Assembly: GCA_964446965.1 (NCBI GenBank)
Contig: CAYUQD010000003.1
Coordinates: forward strand, 3,989 to 67,988
Reading direction: 5' to 3'
Length of the DNA: 64,000 bases
Source of the DNA: an uncultured Candidatus Saccharibacteria bacterium
GTDB taxonomy: Bacteria; Patescibacteriota; Minisyncoccia; Phycocordibacterales; UBA9973
Shown: one piece after another, positions 7,936-17,724 of the stretch
Position numbering within the stretch: position 1 is the stretch's first letter
How the letters are laid out: every line of letters begins with the position of its first letter
Program-made: the position numbers and the translations under genes
Notes under the pieces: model-generated
What the model saw: only the letters and a program-made list of their open reading frames with translations
The model's database searches: none
Told to the model about the DNA's origin: nothing

Positions 7936-10290
7936 TTACTTGAGCTCATCAAGTCGATGCCCTATTCCGACCGACACTGCGAGCGGGACAGTGGGTATGG
8001 TGACCTGTATTGGACTGCGCGCAAAGGCGTTGACCATAGCCTCAGTGATGATTGTCTGTGCAGTATCTACAACAGCTTCTTCTACTTCGTACACGAGTTC
8101 ATCATGGATTTGAAGTGTGAGATGCACACGATCTACAAGTCCTTGTGTGCGCAGGTCAGTATCAATGAGCGCAATTGCGATCTTGACCAAGTCGGCATTT
8201 GTCCCTTGAATTGGAGCATTGACTGCAGTACGTTCTGCCATTGCGCGCAAGAATGGAGCCGCACTTGTGATACCGGGGAAGTATCTGCGTCGACCAAAGA
8301 CTGTCTCAGTATATCCGTTGGTTCGAGCAAACTCCTTGGTATCTTCGAGGTATGCTGCAATCGTTGGGAATGTTTTGAAATAGTCTTCGTAGTACTGTGC
8401 GGCTTCGGAGCGAGTTGAGCCCAGATTCTTTTGGAGCGCGGTGACCCCCATGCCATAGAGGATCCCAAAGTTGATGACCTTTGCCTTGCGTCGCATATCA
8501 CTCGTGACATCAGCGAGTGCAACCTTGAACATATCGGATGCAACACGTGTATGAATATCTACTCCCGACTCAAATGTCTCGATCAGTCGCTCGTCTCGCG
8601 AGAGCATGGCGAGTACACGCAACTCAATCTGTGAATAGTCGCATCCGATGAATACATGTCCCGGTCTCGCCACAAATCCGTGTCGGATCTCCTTGCCTCC
8701 CTCCCCTTTTGCAGGAATGTTTTGGAGGTTGGGATTGGTCGAAGAAAATCGCCCCGTAGTGGTGCCGTGTTGGAGGAATGTCGTATGTACACACGCGTCT
8801 GCATCAGCGTGCCCGAGGAGTGCGTCGACGTATGTCGTCAGGAGCTTCTGGACTTCTCGATACGTGAGTATCAACGGGATGATCGGGTGGTCATCGACGA
8901 GACTCTCGAGTGTCTCAGCGTTCGTCGTATATGCACCAGACGCCTTTTGCTTGCCCTTTGGTTTGAGTCCGAGGGTGACAAAGAGGAGTTCTGACATCTG
9001 CTTTGGGGAGTTGAGGTTAATAGATGTGCCGGTGAGATCTGTAATTTGTGTTTCGATACCAGCGAGTTGCTCCTTCATTCGCACTTGGAGCTTTTCAAAA
9101 TATGCGCGGTCAATGCGAATACCCCACTCTTGCATTTGGGCAATGATTGAGATGAGGGGTACTTCTATTTTTTCATACACATCGAGTACGCCTTTTTTCT
9201 TGAGCTCGATGAGTATGGCGTCGTATGCTTCTGCCAGCGTCTTCTTGCGAGTACGGTCGAGTATGGCGTCATAGTCCGGATTGGTGTTCTCAGAATACAG
9301 TACCCACAACGCAATAGATGCACGGCGCAGGAGATCGGGATCTATATCCTCGGTCGGGAGCGCTGGTGCAAAGTCAAAGAGTTTGCGAATGCGCGGCAAG
9401 AGACTGCGAAACTCATACTGAGTGAGTTTCTCGAGAATAGTATCTTGTACTACTGATGCTCGGTATGGCGTATCAGGAAGGCTCCAGACGATCGGTGCAT
9501 CACGACGGATAGTGGCCAGAGTTTTTGAGAATAATGCATCATCTTCGTGTTCGGTGAGGATACCGATGATGCGTGGGGTGAGACCGGCAACTTTGAGTTC
9601 GTCTGGCTTTTTTTTGAGGGCCTTGTAGAGGGCTTCGATAGAGCCGAATGTTTGGATGATCGTTGTTGCAGTCTTTTCTCCAATCCCAGGGACACCAATG
9701 ATGTTATCCGATGGATCTCCGCGAAGTCCCTTGTAGTCGACGAGCTGCTTGGGTTTAAATCCGTATCGCTCGACGACTCCTGCCTCGTCATAGATTACGG
9801 TATCTGTCACACCTTTTTTGAGAGTGAATACTCTCACCGACTTTCCTTTGACGAGTTGGAGTGTGTCCATATCTCCGGATGCAATCACGATCGAGAGGTC
9901 GGGTGTATGTTCAAACTGCTCGACCAGAGTACCAATGACATCATCCGCTTCAAATCCTTCAGCGTCGAGACATTCTATATTGAATGCCGCAAAGAGATCT
10001 CGTGAACTCTTGAGTTGTGCTATCAGATCATCATCTGCCTTCACTCTCCCTTTTTTGTATGCATCATATGCTGCATGACGAAATGTGGGTTTGGGCAAGT
10101 CATACGCTGCAACGATATAGTCCGGCTTGAGATCCTCGATGATACGGATGAGCATGGTCGCAATACCATAGAGTGCCCCGGTGGGCTCCCCGAGACTATT
10201 GGTGAAGTTTGGGAGCGCATGATACGCGCGATGAATAATCGCGTGCGCGTCAAGGATGACGAGAGTTTTTTGATCTTTTACCTTTGCCAT
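7936..10290 (-). CDS. polA: DNA polymerase I (5'-3' exonuclease plus polymerase domains; short form, 784 aa)
   Basis: N-terminal MAKVKDQKTLVILDAHAIIHRAYHALP (5' nuclease) and C-terminal QIHDELVYEV, RRKAKVINFGILYG (pol motifs A/B/C). Its length suggests the 3'-5' exonuclease domain is reduced or absent. Confidence 0.9.
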   Translation of the reverse strand: MAKVKDQKTLVILDAHAIIHRAYHALPNFTNSLGEPTGALYGIATMLIRIIEDLKPDYIVAAYDLPKPTFRHAAYDAYKKGRVKADDDLIAQLKSSRDLFAAFNIECLDAEGFEADDVIGTLVEQFEHTPDLSIVIASGDMDTLQLVKGKSVRVFTLKKGVTDTVIYDEAGVVERYGFKPKQLVDYKGLRGDPSDNIIGVPGIGEKTATTIIQTFGSIEALYKALKKKPDELKVAGLTPRIIGILTEHEDDALFSKTLATIRRDAPIVWSLPDTPYRASVVQDTILEKLTQYEFRSLLPRIRKLFDFAPALPTEDIDPDLLRRASIALWVLYSENTNPDYDAILDRTRKKTLAEAYDAILIELKKKGVLDVYEKIEVPLISIIAQMQEWGIRIDRAYFEKLQVRMKEQLAGIETQITDLTGTSINLNSPKQMSELLFVTLGLKPKGKQKASGAYTTNAETLESLVDDHPIIPLILTYREVQKLLTTYVDALLGHADADACVHTTFLQHGTTTGRFSSTNPNLQNIPAKGEGGKEIRHGFVARPGHVFIGCDYSQIELRVLAMLSRDERLIETFESGVDIHTRVASDMFKVALADVTSDMRRKAKVINFGILYGMGVTALQKNLGSTRSEAAQYYEDYFKTFPTIAAYLEDTKEFARTNGYTETVFGRRRYFPGITSAAPFLRAMAERTAVNAPIQGTNADLVKIAIALIDTDLRTQGLVDRVHLTLQIHDELVYEVEEAVVDTAQTIITEAMVNAFARSPIQVTIPTVPLAVSVGIGHRLDELK

Positions 10291-10398
10291 ATGCCATTAC
10301 TGTACTACCCCTTGGGGAGTTTTGCTACTACCGTTGATTGACAAAATTAATTTAGAATTGTAATGTCAAGAAAAATCTCTAACAATTAAAACATACTT

Positions 10399-10797
10399 AT
10401 GAGCAGTACAAACACATCCATCCCTGAAAATGGACTAACTATTACTTCAGAAATTCCAGATGTAGAAGAAGGGTATTACGACCTACTATTTAAAGAGCTT
10501 GATATGCTCAACAACAAAAATGTTCTCCGAAACACGGAGCATGATAAGGGTCGATACGTAATTGCAAATTATATTTACCTAACCTATGAGCATCTGCAAT
10601 TAAATACAGTCAGAGAAATTGACTACGACCAGGTCAGAGATTGGGGACACAAAAATCGTATACTTGCCGAACTTTTATTGTGCAAAGAATATTTATTTAA
10701 GAAAAAAAAATTCCCCCTAGAAGCGTTTCTACACTGGATATATCGTTTTGGTAACCCTGCCGATGTTGGCATGATCAGATACAGTATGTATCAATAA
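10399..10797 (+). CDS. Hypothetical protein (AT-rich islet)
   Basis: 132-aa ORF in a visibly AT-rich segment between polA and tsaE. No motif recognised. Confidence 0.4.
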   Translation: MSSTNTSIPENGLTITSEIPDVEEGYYDLLFKELDMLNNKNVLRNTEHDKGRYVIANYIYLTYEHLQLNTVREIDYDQVRDWGHKNRILAELLLCKEYLFKKKKFPLEAFLHWIYRFGNPADVGMIRYSMYQ

Positions 10798-10807
10798 TAA
10801 AAAGAAT

Positions 10808-10836
10808 TGAAAGACCTATCTCTGATAGGTCTTTAT
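10808..10836. terminator. Bidirectional hairpin terminator between convergent genes
   Basis: AAAGACCTATC-TCTG-ATAGGTCTTT with flanking T/A runs. Overlaps the tsaE stop. Confidence 0.5.
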
Positions 10837-11285
10837 TGTTTCTTCATAATCCGTCGTTGATCTTCTATGTGTTCAATCTCATACCGCACTGTTCCTTCTG
10901 GAAGAATACTCTCTATCCTCTCAGGCCATTCAACGACAACTAATATATTCGGACTTTCTATCATTTTCTGCCATCCAAGTATTTCCAACTCCTTCGGGTC
11001 TTCTATTCTATAGGCATCGATGTGTATTAATTTATCCCATCGTTCATCAGTGGTTTCATAAAACTTCGCGATCACGAATGTCGGACTGACTACTGGTGTC
11101 GCGACGCCGAGCGATCGAGCAAGTGCTTGTACGAGGGTCGTCTTGCCGGCACCGAGGTCACCACGTAGTCCGACGACAGTAGCAGTCGCTCCTGGTACAA
11201 GAGACGCTATGAGCGCGTCTGCAGTCTCCCCAACCTGATCCTGTGTATAGCGAGTATCCATACCTAGGATAGTAGCACAATACAA
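10833..11285 (-). CDS. tsaE: tRNA threonylcarbamoyladenosine biosynthesis protein TsaE (YjeE)
   Basis: P-loop GDLGAGKTTLVQALARSLG followed by SPTFVI...Y.HIDAYRI, the characteristic TsaE layout. Confidence 0.8.
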   Translation of the reverse strand: MYCATILGMDTRYTQDQVGETADALIASLVPGATATVVGLRGDLGAGKTTLVQALARSLGVATPVVSPTFVIAKFYETTDERWDKLIHIDAYRIEDPKELEILGWQKMIESPNILVVVEWPERIESILPEGTVRYEIEHIEDQRRIMKKQ

Positions 11286-11330
11286 AACCCCCGCGTGAAG
11301 CGGGGGTTTTGATCCTTGTGGTGGAGTTAT

Positions 11331-13367
11331 TTAAGCGTTGTTCTTTCTGTAGATATTACGAGAGAGAACAATGAGGGCGAGAATCACGAGGATGAGGAGC
11401 AACCATCCGATGAGTGTATTTGGGAGGAATGATCCAAATCCGAACACACTAGCACCGAGGAGGTTAGGACAATCGTTAGACACAGTGATCAATGAGTATG
11501 CGATTGCATCTTCTTGAGCACGAGTCTTTGCGTTGGTATATACCACAGTTGCAGTTGCAACAGTGAGGTTACCAGTGATTGCGGTTTCATTTACGCGTGC
11601 ATGCACGGTGATGATCCCCTGCTCACCTGGACGAATGTCTCCGAGAGCAATCGTCATCGTACGGTCAACTACTTCATAGGTGCCTCGTGAGGCATTGAGG
11701 TAACTGAGCTCCTTTGGATGACTGAACTGGAGAACTGCTTTTTCAAGTACTTGGTTAGATACGTTTTGGTACGAGATCGTATAATCGACTGTACCATTCA
11801 CACACATTCGATCGTAGTTACTTTCGACAGTGAGTTTGAGTAATGACGGCGCGCTCTGGGCTACCACTACATTGTTGTGCACAACCGGAGTTGGCGTAAC
11901 AATAACTGGCGATGAAGTTTTAGTTGTCTGGAATCGAACAGTGTCACCATAGGCGATGCCATTTGAATTCTGGACAACAGCACGATAGAAGTATGCGGCA
12001 CCAGGTACGAGACCTGAGACGAGATCACTGTAGTACTGGGAACTATTGCCACCCTGTACTGTCTGTGAACTTGTGCGGTTGCCGAAGCTTCCTGAAAGTC
12101 CCCATTCGAACCACGCAGTAGTGTTACTGGTAGTTGTGTTAGGAACTGCGATACCGTTGAGGCGAGCCTGTGTGCCACCGAATACGGTTGCAACAGTAGT
12201 GATCGCCTGTGGAGCGGTATCAGTGTTGACTGAGCGAACGGTTACAGTTGCGGTGTCAGTCTCAGAGTCACCATTGTTACAGTATGCGCGGAGTGTATAA
12301 CTCGTTGTACTGTATGGACTGACTGATACAGAGCCGTCTTCGCTGCGGTTTCCTGAGAGACCACTGATCGTGACGTAGTCGACGTCTCCACTGGTTGTCC
12401 AACGAAGGGTAGAACTACTGCCTCGATCGATCAATGTAGGGCTTGGGTAAAAGTCATCAACACTACATGCTTGATCATTAGTGTCAGTTACTCTGATAGT
12501 GAGTGAACGCGTGTCGCCGAGATTACCATCGAAGTCATACGCCTTGAGAGTATATGTCTGCGTGTTATCTGGACTTACATTGCGAGATCCATCAGCATTT
12601 TGCTGACCAGAGATATCAGTGATCGTGACATAGTCACAGTCAGTAGTATTCCACACGATCTCAGTGCTGTCTCCTTCATCGATAGATGAGTCGTCAGCAT
12701 CGAAGTCGTTGATCTGACATTCGTCAGTATTGCCAGTACCAATGCCATCAACATACACAGTTACATATCGCTGACCACCAATGTTATCATTAGCATCATA
12801 GACGGTAAGTGAAAACTGGGTTGTTGCATAGATTGCACCAGTGTAGATGCTCCCGTATGGAGGGCGATCTCCGGGATATGCCGCAGGGTGGATTGCTGCA
12901 CTGTCACAGTTTTCACTGTCCCAGTGGAGGGTAGTCCCTTCTCCGTACTGTACAACTGCAAGTGCCGCTACAAAGTCAGTAGGTACACATCGAGCAGTTG
13001 GTGTCGTCGGAGTACTTGGTCCGTTGGGGCCAGTGGTACTACCAGTGACGGTAATAGTAATAGACTTTGAGTTGATGCTTGTCGCACCAAAAGAGTCACG
13101 TCCTACGACAGTAAATGTAGTCGTAGCCGTGAGCGGGCCAGTCGGTACACTCCCTGATGGAGGACGGTTGTCCGGGTTTTGCGCCGGAGTGATCGACACC
13201 GTAGCACAGCCACTTGTAGACCAGTTGAGGGTTGTCCCTGTACCAGTCGACACAAATGTCTGATTTGCGGTGAGCGTGTTCACCGTACACATACTCGCCT
13301 GTGCTGAGTCAGCAGAGACAGATATCATGAGTGCGAACACTGCGATTGAAATAATAAATTTTTTCAT
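11331..13367 (-). CDS. Cell-surface protein: signal peptide, four tandem ~90-aa Ig-like repeats, DUF11-like domain, C-terminal LPNTL motif plus TM anchor
   Basis: MKKFIISIAVFALMISVSADSAQA is a signal peptide. The repeats share the pattern TL-W-T--CD-V-I-------PPSGS--TGP-TATTTFT. The C-terminus is SFLPNTLIGWLLLILVILALIVLSRNIYRKNNA. Confidence 0.6.
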   Translation of the reverse strand: MKKFIISIAVFALMISVSADSAQASMCTVNTLTANQTFVSTGTGTTLNWSTSGCATVSITPAQNPDNRPPSGSVPTGPLTATTTFTVVGRDSFGATSINSKSITITVTGSTTGPNGPSTPTTPTARCVPTDFVAALAVVQYGEGTTLHWDSENCDSAAIHPAAYPGDRPPYGSIYTGAIYATTQFSLTVYDANDNIGGQRYVTVYVDGIGTGNTDECQINDFDADDSSIDEGDSTEIVWNTTDCDYVTITDISGQQNADGSRNVSPDNTQTYTLKAYDFDGNLGDTRSLTIRVTDTNDQACSVDDFYPSPTLIDRGSSSTLRWTTSGDVDYVTISGLSGNRSEDGSVSVSPYSTTSYTLRAYCNNGDSETDTATVTVRSVNTDTAPQAITTVATVFGGTQARLNGIAVPNTTTSNTTAWFEWGLSGSFGNRTSSQTVQGGNSSQYYSDLVSGLVPGAAYFYRAVVQNSNGIAYGDTVRFQTTKTSSPVIVTPTPVVHNNVVVAQSAPSLLKLTVESNYDRMCVNGTVDYTISYQNVSNQVLEKAVLQFSHPKELSYLNASRGTYEVVDRTMTIALGDIRPGEQGIITVHARVNETAITGNLTVATATVVYTNAKTRAQEDAIAYSLITVSNDCPNLLGASVFGFGSFLPNTLIGWLLLILVILALIVLSRNIYRKNNA

Positions 13368-13448
13368 AATTATGATAGTGAGATAATAAAGTTCGACGTT
13401 TTACTCTTTAGCACTCCAAAGTTCTCGCCCTGAAGTACTAAAGAATAA

Positions 13449-13477
13449 AAGAGATGGATGAATTCACACCCATCTCT
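13449..13477 (-). terminator. Hairpin downstream of the 13532..14611 minus-strand gene
   Basis: AAGAGATGG-ATGAATTCACAC-CCATCTCTT, with a T-rich stretch on the minus strand after the stem. Confidence 0.35.
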
Positions 13478-13531
13478 TATTTTAAAACAAAAGCTCGCAT
13501 AATCCTTACAACACACACCTTCGTCTGTTGA

Positions 13532-14611
13532 TTAATACCCAATGAGAGATCCGTACTCACGATTGGTAACAGGAATTAAAGTCCTATTACCATTGAGACT
13601 TCCTCCAGGTAAACCTACAGGATTGAGGGTCGTATTATTATTATGACCCGTTCCTGTAGTACCTGTCGTCCATGGTTGATTGGGATTGAGAGGTCCAGTT
13701 TCATAGACGATGCCGGTATTGTTGTTGTTGGGGAACCGTATTGGGGGATTATATCCACCAATAACCTGTTGCTGTTGCTGGATATTGCCCTTGTCTCTCG
13801 TTAAGAGATAGAGTATGCCAGCTCCTGCTACAACTCCGAGTCCTGCTGCTAACCCTGGAGAAATTCCACGCTTTTTCTCAGGTACTGGTGGTGGAGGTAT
13901 GTACCCTCCCATGTTGGATGCACCGAGTGGTGCACTGTTTGTGGCGGTGGCATTGTTAGTACTACCGTTGTACACATACACATTGACAGCACCATTAGTT
14001 GCTGGTGTCCCCGTAGCCGGATTGGGTGGCGGGGGTGGTGGTGGAGCATTTGGGATGTACTGACCTCGGGTCAGATTGCCGCAATATGTTGAGATAATAG
14101 GTATGTCGCCATACATTCCCAACATTTCTCCAACACGTGGCCATGGTTCCATTTGACCAGTCTCAGAATTTGCATACGGAATCGATTTGAATTCCGTCCG
14201 TTCAAAGCCTGGCGTCAACATACCCATTTCGAGCCTCCCAGTAAACTGGTTGGCTGGTACCCATTGCAAGCCATTGATGACACTTGCTGGATTTCCTGGG
14301 TAATTACCTCCTAGTACTGTCGCACAATGTGCAGGAAATCGCTCATTGAAGCGCGGGTCCTGAAAATACGTGTGATCACCTTGTAGTACAGCATTGCGTA
14401 ATACTGTAACAAAGTCCGCGAGGTTTTCACCAGTGAAAACACCGCGATACTGTGGATGAAGGAATCCGTGAAATGGTTTCGGGTTTAGCGTTGGGTAGAT
14501 TGCACCGGAATTGTCTCCAAATGCATTCCCTTCGGCATTGCTTGCTTTTGTATGTAGCGTGCCTGATAGTAGTATCACCAGGGAAATCGCTAATTTGGAA
14601 AGTACACTCAT
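13532..14611 (-). CDS. Secreted/membrane-anchored protein with a poly-Pro linker and internal TM segment
   Basis: Signal peptide MSVLSKLAISLVILLSGTLHTKA. Contains PPPPPPPNP and PPPPVP tracts, a TM segment (GLAAGLGVVAGAGILYLL), and a C-terminal Asn/Gly-rich low-complexity tail. Confidence 0.5.
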   Translation of the reverse strand: MSVLSKLAISLVILLSGTLHTKASNAEGNAFGDNSGAIYPTLNPKPFHGFLHPQYRGVFTGENLADFVTVLRNAVLQGDHTYFQDPRFNERFPAHCATVLGGNYPGNPASVINGLQWVPANQFTGRLEMGMLTPGFERTEFKSIPYANSETGQMEPWPRVGEMLGMYGDIPIISTYCGNLTRGQYIPNAPPPPPPPNPATGTPATNGAVNVYVYNGSTNNATATNSAPLGASNMGGYIPPPPVPEKKRGISPGLAAGLGVVAGAGILYLLTRDKGNIQQQQQVIGGYNPPIRFPNNNNTGIVYETGPLNPNQPWTTGTTGTGHNNNTTLNPVGLPGGSLNGNRTLIPVTNREYGSLIGY

Positions 14612-14773
14612 TTTTATCTATTTTTAGAGGTGAAATTGAAATGATTAGATTTGCATATATCATAGCATATTTCACTACCCTTGTCAACTACCTTCCCCTA
14701 CCCCTCTTTTAGTGGTCAAACGGGCTATATTTGAGAGGGGTTTTGCGCCTATGTAGGGTATACTTGGAGTACT

Positions 14774-16486
14774 ATGGTAGTCTTTGACGAAGAACAGCAA
14801 CAAAAGCGATACAACGAGCTTCGCACCCAAGAAGAAGAAAGTCTCGTCGCTACCCTCGCACAGACTCGGTACAATATCGACTCAGTCGATCTCTCGGGAC
14901 AACCCATCGACAACGACGCAATCCGCCTCCTCGAAGAAAAGGAAGCTCGTGCACTCGACGTCGGTCCCTACAAACTCATCGGCAAAAAACTCATGCTCGC
15001 CGTACGCTCTCCGCGCGCCGGAGGCGCCCAAAAGGCAAAAGAAATCCTCGAAGCAAAAGGATTTGAGGTGACATTTGTCATGGCAAGTGAGCGCAGTATC
15101 CAAAAGGTATGGAGTCGCTACGAAGACCTCTCGTTTGCAACCCGCTCGCGCGCCGGAGGACTCGACGTCTCGCCCGATGTCTTGGTCGAACTCTCTCAAA
15201 AGATCAAGACGACCGAGGACGCAGTCACCGAGATCGAGACTGCGCTCGCGGACGACTCGGGTACCCACCACCTCTCGCGAATACTTGAGATCATCCTTGG
15301 GGCAGGTATCGGTCTCGGCGCGTCTGATGTACACATCGAACCAATGGAAGACAAAGTTGAGCTACGGTTCCGTCTCGACGGTGTGCTCCGTGTGATCACC
15401 TATTTCAAACACACCACATACAAACAGATCAACACTCGTATCAAACTCCTCTCAGGTCTCAAACTCACCATCTCGAGCACGCCGCAAGACGGACGATTTA
15501 GCGCCTTCCTCGGCACTGGCCCTGATCAGATCGAGATATCATTTCGTACATCACTCATTCCAGGAGCATATGGCGAGAGTATCGTGCTCCGTATCCTCAA
15601 TCCAAAAAGTATCCGTGTCGGACTCGAAGACCTCGGTATATCAGCCCCGATGTTCGACATCTTTATGCGAGAGATCAAGAAGCCTAATGGCATGATATTG
15701 CTCACTGGACCGACAGGAAGTGGTAAGACAACGACACTCTATGCGTTCTTGCAAAAGATCTACAGCCCCGAAGTCAAAATCATCACCATCGAAGACCCAA
15801 TCGAGTATCACCTACCCGGTATTACACAGACACAAACTGATCACAAAAAAGGGTACACCTTCCTCGAAGGTTTGCGATCAGCACTGCGTCAGGACCCCGA
15901 CGTCATCATGGTGGGAGAAATCCGCGACCCCGAGACTGCAAAGATTGCCGTAGAGAGTGCGCTCACCGGTCACTTGGTCTTCTCTACCCTCCACACCAAT
16001 AATGCAAGTGGTGTGATCCCTCGCCTCATCGATCTCGAGGTCAACCCCAAGATCTTGGTATCCGCACTCTCGCTCTCGATCGCGCAACGACTCGTGCGCA
16101 CACTCTGTACACAGTGCCGTGCTGAACGCCCTGTCACCCCCGAAGAAAAATCCCTGATCGAAACAATCTGGGATACCGCAGTCGCAAATGGCAAAAATAT
16201 AGAACAGTATGGCGTGCAGCGCACTATCACCACACTCTGGAGTGCAGTCGGTTGCGAACACTGCAATGGTACTGGTTACAAAGGACGACTCGGACTCTTT
16301 GAGGTAATTCAAAATAGCGAAAGTATTGAACAGATAATCGTCAGCTCCCCAAGCGAGCGCGAGATCAAAAAAATCGCAGATACCCAAGGCACCCTCGACA
16401 TGCGCGAAGATGGCCTGGTAAAAATCCTGCAAGGAAAGACTGATTTTGAAGAAGTAAAAAGTGTCGTGGATCTATATGAAAAGTAA
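14774..16486 (+). CDS. pilB: Type IV pilus / type II secretion assembly ATPase (PilB/GspE family)
   Basis: N-terminal GspE-N-like domain; Walker A LLTGPTGSGKTTTLYA; Asp/His boxes; Walker B DPDVIMVGEIRD. Tetracysteine CTQC...CEHCNGTGYKGRLGLFEV is typical of PilB. Confidence 0.85.
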   Translation: MVVFDEEQQQKRYNELRTQEEESLVATLAQTRYNIDSVDLSGQPIDNDAIRLLEEKEARALDVGPYKLIGKKLMLAVRSPRAGGAQKAKEILEAKGFEVTFVMASERSIQKVWSRYEDLSFATRSRAGGLDVSPDVLVELSQKIKTTEDAVTEIETALADDSGTHHLSRILEIILGAGIGLGASDVHIEPMEDKVELRFRLDGVLRVITYFKHTTYKQINTRIKLLSGLKLTISSTPQDGRFSAFLGTGPDQIEISFRTSLIPGAYGESIVLRILNPKSIRVGLEDLGISAPMFDIFMREIKKPNGMILLTGPTGSGKTTTLYAFLQKIYSPEVKIITIEDPIEYHLPGITQTQTDHKKGYTFLEGLRSALRQDPDVIMVGEIRDPETAKIAVESALTGHLVFSTLHTNNASGVIPRLIDLEVNPKILVSALSLSIAQRLVRTLCTQCRAERPVTPEEKSLIETIWDTAVANGKNIEQYGVQRTITTLWSAVGCEHCNGTGYKGRLGLFEVIQNSESIEQIIVSSPSEREIKKIADTQGTLDMREDGLVKILQGKTDFEEVKSVVDLYEK

Positions 16487-16513
16487 AAACACCCTAGCGC
16501 TAGGGTGTTTTTA
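16486..16513 (+). terminator. Rho-independent terminator after pilB
   Basis: AAAAACACCCTAGCGCTAGGGTGTTTTT is a perfect GC-rich palindrome with a T-tract. Confidence 0.65.
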
Positions 16514-16540
16514 CTTGAGTTTGAATTTTTATTCAAAAAA

Positions 16541-16675
16541 GCACTAATCTCTAAACAGTCCTTATGGATATAAAAAACATAAGTAAGACAACTTTGTAGG
16601 ATAGCCCCAGTCGAGACCAGAACGTCCTGCGCCGAAATCTAGAACCGTAGCTGACTGCTTAGAGATTAGTGACTT
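16541..16675. repeat. ~135-bp segment bounded by 18-bp imperfect inverted repeats (ACTAATCTCTAAACAGTC / GACTGCTTAGAGATTAGT); MITE-like or structured RNA
   Basis: Inverted termini seen directly, with 1 mismatch. The internal ~100 bp is noncoding. Located in the pilB-ruvB intergenic region. Confidence 0.4.
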
Positions 16676-16731
16676 CTTGATATACAATAGATTTGTGAAG
16701 CTCTAGAAAGAGTATAGCATATATAAATATT

Positions 16732-17724
16732 ATGTCAAGTATTCCCCCTATCCCTCCATCCAAAGTCCCCGACGAACAGTTCTCGGACACTGTATTGCGC
16801 CCAGGCACCTTTGATGACTACATCGGGCAATCTCAGATCAAAAAAAATCTCTCTATCCTCATCGGTGCCGCAAAAGCGCGCGGTCATAGCCCTGAACACA
16901 TCCTCTTTTATGGCCCACCAGGACTTGGCAAGACAACTCTTGCCCACGTCATCGCTCGCGAAGTTGGTGCAAACATCCGTGTGACGTCCGGTCCCGCTAT
17001 CGAGAAGGTCGGCGACCTCGCAGCGATCCTCACCAACCTCAAGCCTGGCGATATGCTCTTCATCGATGAGATTCATCGACTCAACAAAACGATCGAGGAA
17101 GTCCTCTACCCCGTCATGGAAACTGGCAAAATGGATATCATGATCGGCAAGGGGCCAAGTGCGCGCACCGTACAACTCGACCTCCCTCCATTCACACTTG
17201 TGGGAGCTACTACTCGATTTGGGATGCTCTCTGCTCCGCTGCGCACACGTTTCAGTGGTGGCGCATTTCGTCTCGAGTTCTATACTCCTGCTGAGATCTC
17301 TACTATCCTCGCGCGTTCTGCGAGTATCCTCGACATCGCACTTCCACAGAGCGAGCTCGACGCGATTGCGAGCCGGTCTCGTCAGACTCCGCGCATCGCC
17401 AACTACTTGTTGCGACGTGTACGCGACTATGCACAGATGAACAAGCGCTCTATCGACACAAGTGCGGTGCGCGAAGCATTCGCCCTCCTCGGACTCGATG
17501 ACAATGGTCTATCTATGAGCGACATCGATATACTACGCACTCTCAAGGACAAGTTTGGTGGAGGACCGACTGGGGTCAAGAATCTCGCTGCAGCAACCGG
17601 TGAGGATGAAGGCACTATCGAAGACGTCGTCGAACCATACCTCATCCAACTCGGCCTCCTCGAACGAACGCCACGCGGTCGAGTACTCACAGAGAAAGGG
17701 AGAGAGTATCTTGAAAATGCATAA
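16732..17724 (+). CDS. ruvB: Holliday junction DNA helicase RuvB
   Basis: Walker A FYGPPGLGKTTLAHVIA, Walker B LFIDEIHRL, sensor/arginine finger region, RTPRIANYLLRRVRD. Confidence 0.9.
   Translation: MSSIPPIPPSKVPDEQFSDTVLRPGTFDDYIGQSQIKKNLSILIGAAKARGHSPEHILFYGPPGLGKTTLAHVIAREVGANIRVTSGPAIEKVGDLAAILTNLKPGDMLFIDEIHRLNKTIEEVLYPVMETGKMDIMIGKGPSARTVQLDLPPFTLVGATTRFGMLSAPLRTRFSGGAFRLEFYTPAEISTILARSASILDIALPQSELDAIASRSRQTPRIANYLLRRVRDYAQMNKRSIDTSAVREAFALLGLDDNGLSMSDIDILRTLKDKFGGGPTGVKNLAAATGEDEGTIEDVVEPYLIQLGLLERTPRGRVLTEKGREYLENA

Noticed and set aside
8133-10078. Multiple 60-210-aa ORFs inside polA on both strands
   Set aside because: Frame shadows of a confidently identified 784-aa polA.
11867-13290. 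ORFs within/antisense to the Ig-repeat surface protein gene
   Set aside because: Embedded in the 678-aa gene; compositionally biased.
14784-16536. Ser/Arg-rich alternative-frame ORFs inside pilB
   Set aside because: pilB identification is unambiguous; the others are shadows.
17555-17716. 54-aa N-terminal extension of ruvC overlapping the ruvB 3' end
   Set aside because: RuvC homology begins at MHNIIIAIDPG. The ATG at 17717 gives the typical ruvB-ruvC overlap.
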